NCBI RefSeq assembly: GCF_027484505.1
Contig: NZ_JAIXSV010000133.1
Coordinates: 2,284 to 66,283, forward strand
Source: Asticcacaulis sp.
GTDB taxonomy: Bacteria > Pseudomonadota > Alphaproteobacteria > Caulobacterales > Caulobacteraceae
DNA length: 64,000 nt
Direction: 5' to 3'
Notes under the pieces: generated by a model
Database searches by the model: none
Told to the model about the DNA's origin: nothing
What the model saw: only the letters and a program-made list of their open reading frames with translations
Program-made: the position numbers and the translations under genes
In this document: positions 9,173-18,896 of the stretch, piece by piece
Layout: every line of letters begins with the position of its first letter
Position numbering within the stretch: the first letter of the stretch is position 1

Positions 9173-10588
9173 TCAAAACTGCGCGGTGATGTTCTGGCCG
9201 CCGCGGCTAATGGTGATGGTGAAGCGGCGGGCCGACTTCATCACCGACTCCAGTTGCGCCGTCGAGGTGATGGCCTGTCCATTGACGTCCTTGACGATAT
9301 CGCCCGGCCGGAAGCCTGCCGCCGCCGCGTAGGAACGCCCGGACAGGGCATAGATCATCACGCCCTTCGACGCCGCAAACGGATCGAGCCCGATCTCATC
9401 GGCCACGGCCGGCGACAGATTGACGACGGTCGCCCCATTGAGTGGGAAGTTGCCGCTGAGGGCGCGCTGATCCTTGGGTGCGCCGCTGGGCGGGGTAACG
9501 CGCGCCGTCAGGCTCAGTTCCTTGCCCGCGCGCAGCACCTTCAGCGCCGCCGCGTCATTGGGATTGAGCAGGCCGACGCGGTAGTTCAGCGCCTTGGGGT
9601 CATTGACCGCCTCGCCATTGATGCCCAGGATGACGTCGCCGGTCTTCAGGCCCGCCTTGTCCGCCGGACCGCCGGGATAGACGTCGGACACCAGAATGCC
9701 GTCCGGGCGCGACAGGCCCAGAGAGCGGGCGATTTCGGTGGTCATGCCGTCGCCCTTGGCCCCCAGCCAAGGCCTGACCAGCGTGGACTTACCACCCAAC
9801 GCCGTATCGACCGCGCGGCGCACCATGGCCGCCGGGATGGCAAAGCCGACGCCCGCCGATGAGCCTGAGCGCGACAGGATAAACGAATTAATACCGATCA
9901 GGCGGCCGTCCATATCGACCAGCGCCCCGCCGGAATTACCGGGGTTGATCGCAGCGTCGGTCTGGATAAAGGCCCCCTCGCCCTGCCCCACATCGGTGCG
10001 GTCCAGCGCCGAGATAATGCCGTTGGTGACGGTCTGCCCCACGCCGAACGGGTTGCCGATGGCCAGCACCAGATCGCCGACCTCAAGGTCGTGGCCTTCC
10101 TGAAGGCTGATGGTCGGGAACTTTTGACCCGTGGTGTCGAGCTTCAGGATGGCCAGATCGCTGCGCTCATCGGCCAGCAGTACCTTGGCGGGGAATTCGC
10201 GGCGGTCATTGAGCACGACCATGAATTCCTGACCGCCCTGCACCACGTGGTTGTTGGTGACCACGATACCGTCGGCGCGCACGATGACGCCGGAACCCAG
10301 CGACTGCTCGACGCGGGCCTGCGGCACCCCGCCGCCGAACAACTGCCAGAAGGGATCGACCTGCTGACGCGTCACGCGCCGCGCATAGACATTGACCACG
10401 GCGGGCGCCGTCTGTTTGACCACGGGCGAGAAGGACGACTTCATGGCACCCGCATCGCCGGGCACCTTGCGCGTGGCGGGGGCCGGGGCCTGATTGAAGC
10501 CCTGATAGTCCTGCGACTTGCCCTCCCCCGGTGAACAGGCGGCCAGAACGGCGCAAACGGACACCAGCAGGGCGGATTTCAGGGTCAT
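9173..10588 (-). CDS. degP: Do/DegP/HtrA-family serine protease with two PDZ domains
   Basis: TNNHVV, SDLAILK, TDAAINPGNSGG catalytic triad; signal peptide ending LAAC; start inferred at ATG 10588. Confidence 0.9.
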   Translation of the reverse strand: MTLKSALLVSVCAVLAACSPGEGKSQDYQGFNQAPAPATRKVPGDAGAMKSSFSPVVKQTAPAVVNVYARRVTRQQVDPFWQLFGGGVPQARVEQSLGSGVIVRADGIVVTNNHVVQGGQEFMVVLNDRREFPAKVLLADERSDLAILKLDTTGQKFPTISLQEGHDLEVGDLVLAIGNPFGVGQTVTNGIISALDRTDVGQGEGAFIQTDAAINPGNSGGALVDMDGRLIGINSFILSRSGSSAGVGFAIPAAMVRRAVDTALGGKSTLVRPWLGAKGDGMTTEIARSLGLSRPDGILVSDVYPGGPADKAGLKTGDVILGINGEAVNDPKALNYRVGLLNPNDAAALKVLRAGKELSLTARVTPPSGAPKDQRALSGNFPLNGATVVNLSPAVADEIGLDPFAASKGVMIYALSGRSYAAAAGFRPGDIVKDVNGQAITSTAQLESVMKSARRFTITISRGGQNITAQF

Positions 10589-10664
10589 GGTGATCTCTTT
10601 GGCTCTTATCGTCATAGGGACTAATGTAAAAACCAAAATGGCGACTTCAAGGCCGGAAGATTTG

Positions 10665-10993
10665 GCCACCAAAAACACGAAAAGCACGAACAGGTTTTGC
10701 CCACGGCGCGAAGCGCCTTTTAGATCGGTATGACTTTTGATGAAATCGTAATTCAAGCACCTCCCCTGATTTCAGGGGAGGTGGATTTGACGCCGCTCAG
10801 GCGTCAAAGACGGTGGGGTTAACTACCGTCGCTTTAACCCCACCCGGCCCTTCGGGCCACCCTCCCCTGAAATCAGGGGAGGCGCTATACTGGAACGCTG
10901 TTTCCACTTAAATCATCTCGCCCTAGAAGCGCGTGAGGTAAACCGGGCAAAAGACGGGTGTCTGGCGTTCGTGCTTTTCGTGTTTTTCGTGGC
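10665..10993. mobile_element. MITE-like element (family B) with 27-bp terminal inverted repeats and a nested family A palindrome
   Basis: gccaccaaaaacacgaaaagcacgaac (10665-10691) matches the reverse complement of 10967-10993 at 26 of 27 bases; no ORF inside. Confidence 0.65.
10757..10884. repeat. Palindromic repeat, family A copy 2
   Basis: cacctcccctgatttcaggggaggtgg...gacggtgggg...ccccacccggcccttcgggccacctcccctgaaatcaggggagg. Confidence 0.85.
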
Positions 10994-11000
10994 TAAACCC

Positions 11001-12275
11001 TCAGAACAACGGCTCATGGTCGTGGTGCACCGGCTTGGACACCTCCGGCACCGGCTCATCCTTTGAGCGGTCGCGCACCCCCAGCGCCATCAGGAAGGCC
11101 ACGAGCAGCACCACAGCCGCCGAGAAGAAAGCCGCGCCCGACCACACCTTATCCACGCCCGGTCGGGTCATCACCGACAGGATATAGCCAAAGACAAACG
11201 GCGCAATAATGCCCGACAGCGACATCAGACTGTTGACCGCCCCTTGCAGCAGGCCCTGATCGCTCGTGCCGACCCGCGTCGTCATCAGCGATTGCAGGGC
11301 CGCATTGGTCATGCCCCAGCAGCTCATGATCGGAATGGTGATCAGAAATACGCGCCAGTCGGTATGGTAGCCATAGCTCATAAAGCCCACGACGCCGCAC
11401 AACAGGCCGATAACCAGCGTCGCCTTTTCACCGATGCGTTTGACGACCATACCGGTCAGCCCCCCCTGCACGATCACCGCCCACACGGCGTAATAGGCCA
11501 TGGCCAGCCCGACCTCGCGTCCGCCCCAACCCAGACGGTAACTGGCATACAGCACGAAGGTCGCCGGTATGACGTGGTGGGCGAAGTTCGACACCATGCT
11601 GATCAGGGCCAGGCGCATTACGCTTTTGGCCTGCCACAGGAAGAGGATCGAGCCGATGGGATTGGCGCTTTTCAGGCTGAATGGCTTGCGGTGGTCCTTG
11701 TCGAGCGATTCCGGCAGGACCAGCGCGCCATAGAGGGCATTGAGCAGGCTGAGGCCCCCCGCCACCCAGAAGGGCAGCCTCAGGTCGATATGCCCCAGCA
11801 TGCCGCCCAGCGCCGGGCCCATGACGAAACCGACGCCAAAGGCTGCGCCAATATAGCCGTACATCTGCGCGCGTTCGTCCGGCTCGGAAATGTCGCTGAT
11901 ATAGGCATAGGCCGTGGTGATCGAGGACGAGGTGACGCCATTGAGCAGTCGCCCGATGAGCAACCATATAAGATTGCCGCTCAGCGCCATGATCAGATAG
12001 TCGAGCGCCAGCCCCAGATTGGACATCAGGATAATCGGCCGGCGGCCGAAGCGGTCGGACAGCGACCCCAGTATGGGCGAGCAGACGAACTGCGTGAAGC
12101 CCCAAAGCGAGTTGAACACGCCGCTCCACCAACTCGCGGCTGTCACCGAGCCGACAAAGGTTTCGATCAGGCGCGGCAGGACCGGAATGGCCAGCCCCAG
12201 CGCCATCATGTCGAGACAGACGGTGATGAAGATGAACATCACCCCCGGTTTGAGATGTGCTTTCACGCCCCCCAT
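11001..12275 (-). CDS. TCR/TetA-like MFS transporter (DHA1), paralog B
   Basis: Motif [14 protein letters not shown], motif C GFVMGPALGG, about 12 TM segments. Confidence 0.9.
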   Translation of the reverse strand: MGGVKAHLKPGVMFIFITVCLDMMALGLAIPVLPRLIETFVGSVTAASWWSGVFNSLWGFTQFVCSPILGSLSDRFGRRPIILMSNLGLALDYLIMALSGNLIWLLIGRLLNGVTSSSITTAYAYISDISEPDERAQMYGYIGAAFGVGFVMGPALGGMLGHIDLRLPFWVAGGLSLLNALYGALVLPESLDKDHRKPFSLKSANPIGSILFLWQAKSVMRLALISMVSNFAHHVIPATFVLYASYRLGWGGREVGLAMAYYAVWAVIVQGGLTGMVVKRIGEKATLVIGLLCGVVGFMSYGYHTDWRVFLITIPIMSCWGMTNAALQSLMTTRVGTSDQGLLQGAVNSLMSLSGIIAPFVFGYILSVMTRPGVDKVWSGAAFFSAAVVLLVAFLMALGVRDRSKDEPVPEVSKPVHHDHEPLF

Positions 12276-12285
12276 GTCGCCTCGG

Positions 12286-13545
12286 TCAGTGTACGGGGCC
12301 GGACGGCGGCGCGCCGTTGCCGCTGTGTCGGATGGCGGCCTTGACGCCGGCCGCGATCAGGAGGGCGATGCCCAGAATGGCCGCCGCCAGCACAAAGGGC
12401 GCGCCCGCGGTCACCGGCCCGTGGGTCGAGGCCACGGCAAACACCGCCCCGAAGGTCAGGGGCGCGAAAATACCCGCCGCCGACATCAGGCTCATATTGG
12501 CCCCTTGCAGGGTCCCTTGTTCCTGCGGCGCGACCTTGGAGGTCATCAGGGCCTGCGCCGCCGGACCGGTCAGGCCCCACAGACTCATCAGGGGGATAAA
12601 CACCACATAGGCCTGCCAGGTGGGGGCGAGGCCGTAACCGAGGAAGCCAATGACGCCGAAACTCAGGCCGACCAGCATGGCCTTCTTTTCGCCAATGGCT
12701 TTGACGACGCGCCCGGTCAGACCCGCCTGCACAACGGCGCTGCACACGCCCACCGCCGCCAGCGTCCAGCCCACCTCCTTGGGGCCCCAGCCAAAGCGCA
12801 GGGCGGCATAGAGGACGAAGGTGGTCGGCAGGACCTGATGCGCGAAATTGACTGTCAGATTGATCAGAGACAGGCGCAGCAGGTCGCCATTACGGCTGAG
12901 GAAGGCCAGTGCGCCCAGGGGGTTGGCCGAACGGAAGGAAAACGGCTTGCGGCTTTCCGGCGGCAGCGATTCGGGCAGGACAAACAGGCCGTAGCAGAAG
13001 TTCAGCAGACTTAGGCCCGCCGCCACATAAAACGGCAGGCGCGGATCGACATCGCCCAGCACACCGCCCAGCAGCGGCCCCAGAACGAAGCCCAAACCAA
13101 AGGCCGCCCCCATCATGCCGAAATACTTGGCGCGGTTTTCCGGCTGGGTGACATCGGAAATATAGGCATAGGCGGTGGAAATACTGGCCGAGGTGATGCC
13201 ATTGATCAGCCGCCCCAGAAGCAGCCAGCCCAGCCCCGGCGCCATGGCCATCAGCAGGTAGTCAAAGCCCAGACCGAAATTCGACAAAAGCACAATGGGC
13301 CGCCGCCCGAAACGGTCGGACAGCGCGCCGACGATCGGCGAGGAGATGAACTGCATTACGCCCCACAGCGAGCCGAACAGCCCCACCCAGTAACCGGCGG
13401 CCGAGACGTCACCGACACAGTCCGCGATCAGGGCGGGCGTCACGGGAATAATCAGCCCCAGCGCCACAATATCGAGGCAGATGGTGACAAAGATAAACGG
13501 GACCGCCGCCTTATGAGGGCGCGACAGTTCTGGGATTCCGCTCAC
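12286..13545 (-). CDS. TCR/TetA-like MFS transporter (DHA1), paralog A
   Basis: Motif [14 protein letters not shown], motif [11 protein letters not shown]; GTG start. Confidence 0.9.
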   Translation of the reverse strand: MSGIPELSRPHKAAVPFIFVTICLDIVALGLIIPVTPALIADCVGDVSAAGYWVGLFGSLWGVMQFISSPIVGALSDRFGRRPIVLLSNFGLGFDYLLMAMAPGLGWLLLGRLINGITSASISTAYAYISDVTQPENRAKYFGMMGAAFGLGFVLGPLLGGVLGDVDPRLPFYVAAGLSLLNFCYGLFVLPESLPPESRKPFSFRSANPLGALAFLSRNGDLLRLSLINLTVNFAHQVLPTTFVLYAALRFGWGPKEVGWTLAAVGVCSAVVQAGLTGRVVKAIGEKKAMLVGLSFGVIGFLGYGLAPTWQAYVVFIPLMSLWGLTGPAAQALMTSKVAPQEQGTLQGANMSLMSAAGIFAPLTFGAVFAVASTHGPVTAGAPFVLAAAILGIALLIAAGVKAAIRHSGNGAPPSGPVH

Positions 13546-13701
13546 GTTCCAGCCTTGCAGACGAAATAAACAGCGGACCTACATAGGTCAATTCGTCGGG
13601 CTTGGCTAGTGCGGGCTTTGATTTGACCGTTGCAATTTATTTGAACAACAGACTGTTTTTTATACATTTATTCTGTGAAATCCATTGCGCGCCCTCCGCA
13701 C

Positions 13702-14934
13702 CTATCTGAGGGCGGGGGCCACATCGCGCAAATGCCCATCCGATGGCTGCGCCTTCAAGTGCATCAGGCGCATGATCAGTGGATAGACATCGACATTGTC
13801 AAAGGTCTTCAAGGTAACGCCCGGCCGGATATCGGGACCGAAGACGATCAGGCGCGTAAACATCTCCGGATTATAGGGATCATAGCCGTGGCTGCCGCCT
13901 TCGGGCTTGGGCATCCAGCCGTCGCGGGAGGGGGCGACGATATAGCTGCCCGGATTGGCGAGGCAGACGATCGGCGGCACGCGGCGGTGCGTGCCATAGT
14001 GAAAACGCGCCGGGATGTCCTGTTTGCGCCAGCACTGCATATGGGCGTGCGGTTTCAGCAAAGCCGCTTCGACCACGGCCTCCTTGCCCGGATTAGGGAT
14101 AAAGCCCGCCGCCTGACCACCATAGACCGTCGCGCTGTTGGGCGGCAGCAGGTCAGCCACCTTGATGAAGGTTTCCGGCTTGTGCCTGGTCATGCCGTGG
14201 TCGCCGACGATGACGATGTTTACCTTGCCCCATAGGCCGCGCGCCTTGAGACCGGCGATCAGGTGGCCAATCCCCTCGTCCACATCTTTCAGCGAGGCGG
14301 CCACCTCCGGGCTGTCGGGGCCAAAATCGTGCCCCGCATGATCGACGTCGCTGAAATAGAGGGTCAGGGCCTGCGGACGCTCAGCCTCAGCTACGTCGAA
14401 CCAGGCCAGACCGCGATCCACCACCGTGGTGGGCGGCACATGGTCTTCGAAAGTCGCGTATTTATAGGGTCTCGCGCCGTGGATTTCGGCCTCTGAGCCG
14501 GGCCAGAACATGGTCGCCACCTTTACGCCCTGACGATTCGCGGTCACCCAGAAGGGCTCGGCATCGTTCCACCAGAAGCCGTCGGTCACCTGCTCGCGGT
14601 CCGACAGCTTGAAGGTCACACCCGGCCGCTGCGGATCGCGCATGGTATTGCCGACAATGCCGTGGTGGTCCGGACGCTTGCCGGTGACCAGCGTATAGTG
14701 ATTGGGGAAGGTCAGGGACGGAAAGCTGGGGCGCATCGGGCCGGTGGCCCCGTTTTCGGCCAGATAGCTCAGATTGGGTGTCAGGCCGCGCGTGTGATAG
14801 TCGGCACGCCAGCCATCAATCGAAATCAGGATCAGGGTGTTACGCGGGGCCGATGTCTCCGGCGGCAGGCTGGCGCAGGCCGATAGAATAAGCGCGGTCA
14901 AACCGCAAAGCCACAACCGCCACAGAGTTCGCAT
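13702..14934 (-). CDS. Nucleotide pyrophosphatase/phosphodiesterase (alkaline phosphatase superfamily) lipoprotein
   Basis: LISIDGWR, PSLTFPNH with catalytic Thr, DHAGH, GDHGM, GSHGYD; lipobox LSAC. Confidence 0.9.
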   Translation of the reverse strand: MRTLWRLWLCGLTALILSACASLPPETSAPRNTLILISIDGWRADYHTRGLTPNLSYLAENGATGPMRPSFPSLTFPNHYTLVTGKRPDHHGIVGNTMRDPQRPGVTFKLSDREQVTDGFWWNDAEPFWVTANRQGVKVATMFWPGSEAEIHGARPYKYATFEDHVPPTTVVDRGLAWFDVAEAERPQALTLYFSDVDHAGHDFGPDSPEVAASLKDVDEGIGHLIAGLKARGLWGKVNIVIVGDHGMTRHKPETFIKVADLLPPNSATVYGGQAAGFIPNPGKEAVVEAALLKPHAHMQCWRKQDIPARFHYGTHRRVPPIVCLANPGSYIVAPSRDGWMPKPEGGSHGYDPYNPEMFTRLIVFGPDIRPGVTLKTFDNVDVYPLIMRLMHLKAQPSDGHLRDVAPALR

Positions 14935-15010
14935 CGTTAACGCCTTCTACCAAATTCCTTTCTGTCGTAACTAACGGGTATGACGGGTCGATGACAAGAG
15001 GCCTATGGAC

Positions 15011-15042
15011 AACAAAAAGGCCCCCGGCAAAACCGGGGGCCT
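15011..15042 (-). terminator. Intrinsic terminator after the 50-aa small ORF
   Basis: aggcccccgg/ccgggggcct 10-bp stem plus T-tract on the minus strand. Confidence 0.8.
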
Positions 15043-15063
15043 GTGTTCAGGATTTCATAGGCC

Positions 15064-15216
15064 TCAATCGCAGGCGCGCCGGGCATCCAGCACGGGCTGA
15101 TCGAAGACTTCCGGCGCATGGGCCGGTTCGGTCTGATCGGGGTAGGCATATTCCGTCATCGCTTCGGACAGGGCGAGCACGCCGCCGACATCAGTGGTCC
15201 GGGTATCACTCAGCAT
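15064..15216 (-). CDS. Putative 50-aa acidic small protein
   Basis: aacAGGAGGtttacATG strong SD; own terminator; MLSDTRTTDVGGVLALSEAMTEYAYPDQTEPAHAPEVFDQPVLDARRACD. Confidence 0.55.
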   Translation of the reverse strand: MLSDTRTTDVGGVLALSEAMTEYAYPDQTEPAHAPEVFDQPVLDARRACD

Positions 15217-15377
15217 GTAAACCTCCTGTTGGGCTATGGGAAAATCTGCCAATTCCGTCTCTGAAACACGCTCAGACGAAATCTGCATCTGAACGATAGG
15301 GAATAAAGCCCCGCTAAGACAGTCACAGTTGCGCCTCAATCGTTCACAGGCGCGTTAACAGAGGTTTGCAAAGTACG

Positions 15378-15407
15378 AAAAAGGCCTCCGGATCGCTCCG
15401 GAGGCCT
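15378..15407 (-). terminator. Intrinsic terminator after rplQ
   Basis: aggcctccgga/tccggaggcct 11-bp stem plus T-tract. Confidence 0.8.
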
Positions 15408-15432
15408 GAATTCAAAGGGCTGTACCCTTGAT

Positions 15433-15852
15433 TTATTCTTCGCCAGCGTCGTCGGCCGTGAAGACCGGGCCCGAATCCTGACCCTTGGCCGACTCGTCAC
15501 GATCAACGAATTCGATGACGGCCATGGCGGCGTTATCGCCGTGACGGAAACCAGCCTTCATGATGCGGATATAGCCGCCGTTGCGGTCGGCATAGCGCTT
15601 GGCCAGCACGTCGAACAGCTTGCCGACCTGCGTCACGTCACGGACGCGCGAGATGGCGATACGACGGTCGTGCAGGGTGCCCGACTTGGCCAGCGTGACC
15701 AGCTTTTCAACGAAGGGACGCAGTTCCTTGGCCTTCGGCAGGGTGGTGACGATCTGCTCGTGCTTGATCAGCGAGGCCGACATGTTGGCAAACATGGCGA
15801 TGCGGTGCGAGGTGGTACGACCGAGTTTACGGTAACCGGAACCGTGACGCAT
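15433..15852 (-). CDS. rplQ: 50S ribosomal protein L17
   Basis: [17 protein letters not shown]...RNGGYIRI; true start ATG 15852. Confidence 0.97.
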   Translation of the reverse strand: MRHGSGYRKLGRTTSHRIAMFANMSASLIKHEQIVTTLPKAKELRPFVEKLVTLAKSGTLHDRRIAISRVRDVTQVGKLFDVLAKRYADRNGGYIRIMKAGFRHGDNAAMAVIEFVDRDESAKGQDSGPVFTADDAGEE

Positions 15853-16051
15853 GATAATTCTCCATAAGACCACGCCGCACTCTGGCTGTGCGTGACCCCA
15901 AAAACAGGCCCGAAGCTCAAGGCCAGAGGGTCTGCATGACCCCTGCCCGCTCCGAACGTCCGCCGGACGATCTGTCCTTTGGAAATTACCGGGACAAGGT
16001 TTTGGTCTTTCCCGGTAAGTGATCCGGCAATTCACAGAATTGCCCTCTCAT

Positions 16052-16095
16052 AAAAAGGCAAGAGGCCCGAACCTTGCGGATCGGGCCTCTTTTTT
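16052..16095 (-). terminator. Terminator-like hairpin between rpoA and rplQ
   Basis: aagaggcccga/tcgggcctctt stem with A/T tracts on both sides. Confidence 0.7.
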
Positions 16096-16110
16096 ATGAT
16101 CTCAGAAGTC

Positions 16111-17127
16111 TTAGATTTGATCTTCGAACTTCTTAGCGAGGTCCTCGACATTCTCCGGCGGCCAGTTCGGCACATCCATGCCGAGCGACAGACCCATCGA
16201 TTGCAGGACTTCCTTGATTTCGTTCAGCGACTTGCGGCCGAAGTTCGGGGTACGGAGCATTTCCGATTCCGTCTTCTGGATCAGGTCGCCGATATAGACG
16301 ATGTTGTCGTTCTTCAGGCAGTTCGCCGAACGGACGCTGAGTTCCAGTTCATCGACCTTCTTGAGGAGGGCCGGATTGAACGGCAGCTCAGGCTTGCCTT
16401 CTTCGACGATGGCCGGCTTCGGCTCTTCAAAGGTGATGAAGATCTGAAGCTGATCCTGAAGGATGCGCGCGGCATAGGCCACGGCGTCCACCGGCGTCAC
16501 CGCCGCATTGGTTTCAACGTCGAGCACCAGCTTGTCGTAATCGAGCGACTGACCCTGACGGGTCGGTTCGACGCGATAAGCCACCTTCTTGACCGGCGAA
16601 TAGAGGGCGTCAACGGCGATCAGGCCGATCGGCGCGTCTTCCGGGCGCAGACGGTCGGCAGGGACATAGCCCTTACCGGTCTGAACCGTGAACTCCATAC
16701 GCACCGAAGCGCCTTCGTCCAGCGTACAGATGACGTGGTCGGGGTTCAGCACTTCGATGTCCGACGGGACGTCGATCATGCCGGCGGTCACCGGGCCAGC
16801 CGACGACGCGCGCAGAACCATGCGCTTGGGGCCTTCGGCGTGCATACGCAGCGCCAGTTGTTTGATATTGAGGATGATATCGACCACGTCCTCACGAACA
16901 CCCTCGATAGAGGAAAATTCGTGAACAACGCCGTCGATTTGTACCGCCGTCACCGCCGCCCCTTGCAGGGAGGACAGGAGCACGCGGCGCAGAGCATTAC
17001 CGAGCGTCACGCCAAAGCCGCGTTCCAGGGGTTCCGCGACAAGACGCATCTTGCGCTGGGAATCCTGACCGGACTCGATTTGGGGCTTCTCGGGACGAAT
17101 AAGCTGCTGCCAGTTTCTTTCGATCAT
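16111..17127 (-). CDS. rpoA: RNA polymerase alpha subunit
   Basis: [23 protein letters not shown]; [12 protein letters not shown] and [10 protein letters not shown]. Confidence 0.98.
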   Translation of the reverse strand: MIERNWQQLIRPEKPQIESGQDSQRKMRLVAEPLERGFGVTLGNALRRVLLSSLQGAAVTAVQIDGVVHEFSSIEGVREDVVDIILNIKQLALRMHAEGPKRMVLRASSAGPVTAGMIDVPSDIEVLNPDHVICTLDEGASVRMEFTVQTGKGYVPADRLRPEDAPIGLIAVDALYSPVKKVAYRVEPTRQGQSLDYDKLVLDVETNAAVTPVDAVAYAARILQDQLQIFITFEEPKPAIVEEGKPELPFNPALLKKVDELELSVRSANCLKNDNIVYIGDLIQKTESEMLRTPNFGRKSLNEIKEVLQSMGLSLGMDVPNWPPENVEDLAKKFEDQI

Positions 17128-17199
17128 TGCGTCCCTCAGACGAGAAAGGTTGCCCTCAGCTTCACGCCGAGGGCAACGGAAAAGGGGTAGAAATCGGTA

Positions 17200-17589
17200 T
17201 TAAACGCGACGACGCTTCGGCGGACGGCAGCCGTTGTGCGGGATCGGGGTCACGTCACGGATGGTGGTGATCGTGAAGCCGACGGCTTGCAGCGCGCGCA
17301 GAGCCGATTCACGGCCCGAACCCGGACCGGCGACGCTGACTTCCAGCGTCTTCACACCGTGCTCGATCGCCTTCTTGCCGGCGTCTTCAGCGGCAACCTG
17401 AGCCGCGTAAGGGGTCGATTTACGCGAACCCTTGAAGCCCATGTGACCAGCCGACGACCACGAAATCGCATTACCCTGCGCGTCCGTGATGGTGATCATG
17501 GTGTTGTTGAACGAGGCATTGACGTGCGCCACGCCCGAAGTGATGTTTTTACGCTCGCGCTTTTTAACGCGGGAAGGTTCTTTGGCCAT
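17200..17589 (-). CDS. rpsK: 30S ribosomal protein S11
   Basis: [29 protein letters not shown]. Confidence 0.98.
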   Translation of the reverse strand: MAKEPSRVKKRERKNITSGVAHVNASFNNTMITITDAQGNAISWSSAGHMGFKGSRKSTPYAAQVAAEDAGKKAIEHGVKTLEVSVAGPGSGRESALRALQAVGFTITTIRDVTPIPHNGCRPPKRRRV

Positions 17590-17603
17590 AAATCAGATCC
17601 CGA

Positions 17604-17972
17604 TTACTTCTTCTTGCCGGCGATGGGCTTCGCCGGACCCTTGCGGGTGCGGGCGTTGGTGTGGGTGCGCTGACCGCGGACCGGCAGGCCCTTACGGTGA
17701 CGCAGGCCGCGGTAGCAGGCCAGGTCCATCAGGCGCTTGATGTTCATCGACGTTTCGCGACGCAGATCGCCTTCGACCAGATAGTCACGGTCGATGGTTT
17801 CGCGGATCTGCAACACTTCGGCGTCCGAGAGCGAGTTGACACGGCGGGCGTCTTCGATGCCCACCTTTTCCACGATTTCCTTGGCCTTTTGCTGACCAAT
17901 GCCGTGGATATACTGGAGCGCGATCACAACGCGCTTATTGGTCGGTATGTTGACGCCTGCGATACGGGCCAC
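17604..17972 (-). CDS. rpsM: 30S ribosomal protein S13
   Basis: ARIAGVNIP...[26 protein letters not shown]. Confidence 0.98.
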   Translation of the reverse strand: MARIAGVNIPTNKRVVIALQYIHGIGQQKAKEIVEKVGIEDARRVNSLSDAEVLQIRETIDRDYLVEGDLRRETSMNIKRLMDLACYRGLRHRKGLPVRGQRTHTNARTRKGPAKPIAGKKK

Positions 17973-18088
17973 GTCTAAATCTCCTGAACGTGCGTTGACA
18001 CGTTAAAAAGCGAAAGGGACGCGCCTGCTACCCCATCCCTCAGGGATGGCGGGTGAGCGGGCACAAGCGCCTTTCGCGGAAGCTGCCC

Positions 18089-18116
18089 CTTATACAGAGG
18101 GTTTGGCTCCCGTCAA
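18089..18116 (-). promoter_or_regulatory. Sigma70-like promoter of the alpha operon
   Basis: TTGACG-N16-TATAAG upstream of rpsM. Confidence 0.55.
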
Positions 18117-18323
18117 TGGGTAGGATTGAGATATTGTCAAGATTCAAACTGAATCTGACAATGTCCCGGTGAGTTCCGTTGTCCGAAGCCGTTAACGGGA
18201 GGTGAAAGCCGTTTCAAGCCCCAAAAAGACGGTAGGGTTGGGTTCCAGCCGGAGCCGGAGGGGTGCCCCCGCCCCTGTTTGGGGGGGTGAAGGCATTGGA
18301 AACCGAGGTTTCCGAATCTGTGA

Positions 18324-18896
18324 TTAGCTGACGTGTTCGGACAGCGCGGCTTCGATACGGGCCGAAACCTCTTCGACCGAACCCATGCCATCGACCTCGA
18401 CCAGCTTGCCCTGCGTCGCATAGTAGGGCAGCAGCGGCGCGGTCTGGGCGTTATAGGCCGCAAGACGCACCTTATAGCTTTCCGGATTGTCGTCCGAACG
18501 GCCCTGCTCGGCAAAGCGCTTTTCGATACGTTCGACCAGCGCATTGTCATCGACCTTGAGGCGGACGACGATGTCGATGGTGGCATCGCGTTCAGTCAGC
18601 ATGGCGTCCAGCGCCTCGGCCTGCGCCACGGTGCGCGGGAAGCCATCGAAAATGGCTCCGCCCGCCGCTTCGGCCGCCGGCAGATTGGTCTTGATCAGGT
18701 CGATCACGATGTCGTCGGACACCAGCCCGCCTGTGTCAATGATCGACTTGACCTTCTGGCCCAGCTCGGAACCCGACGCGATGGCGGCGCGCAGCATGTC
18801 ACCGGTCGAAAGCTGCACCATATTGTGCGCCACGACCAGACGCTTGGCCTGCGTGCCTTTGCCCGCCGCCGGAGGTCCGAAAAGAATCAGGTTCAT
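18324..18896 (-). CDS. adk: Adenylate kinase (short form without LID domain)
   Basis: GPPAAGKGTQA, STGDMLR, DGFPRT, RSDDN. Confidence 0.96.
   Translation of the reverse strand: MNLILFGPPAAGKGTQAKRLVVAHNMVQLSTGDMLRAAIASGSELGQKVKSIIDTGGLVSDDIVIDLIKTNLPAAEAAGGAIFDGFPRTVAQAEALDAMLTERDATIDIVVRLKVDDNALVERIEKRFAEQGRSDDNPESYKVRLAAYNAQTAPLLPYYATQGKLVEVDGMGSVEEVSARIEAALSEHVS

Noticed and set aside
11001-13545. Acquired tetracycline resistance locus
   Set aside because: No tetR, transposase or compositional anomaly; motifs show family membership only.
18230-18313. Possible fourth repeat family (GGAAAC-n-GTTTCC) shared with 47912-47932
   Set aside because: The match is too short and GC-rich to support from two sites.
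16111-18896. No rpsD in the alpha operon and no rpmJ or infA after secY-adk
   Set aside because: This is the usual arrangement in Alphaproteobacteria; the genes lie elsewhere.
18324-18896. Short adenylate kinase without a LID domain, and zinc-free S14
   Set aside because: Both are known common variants.
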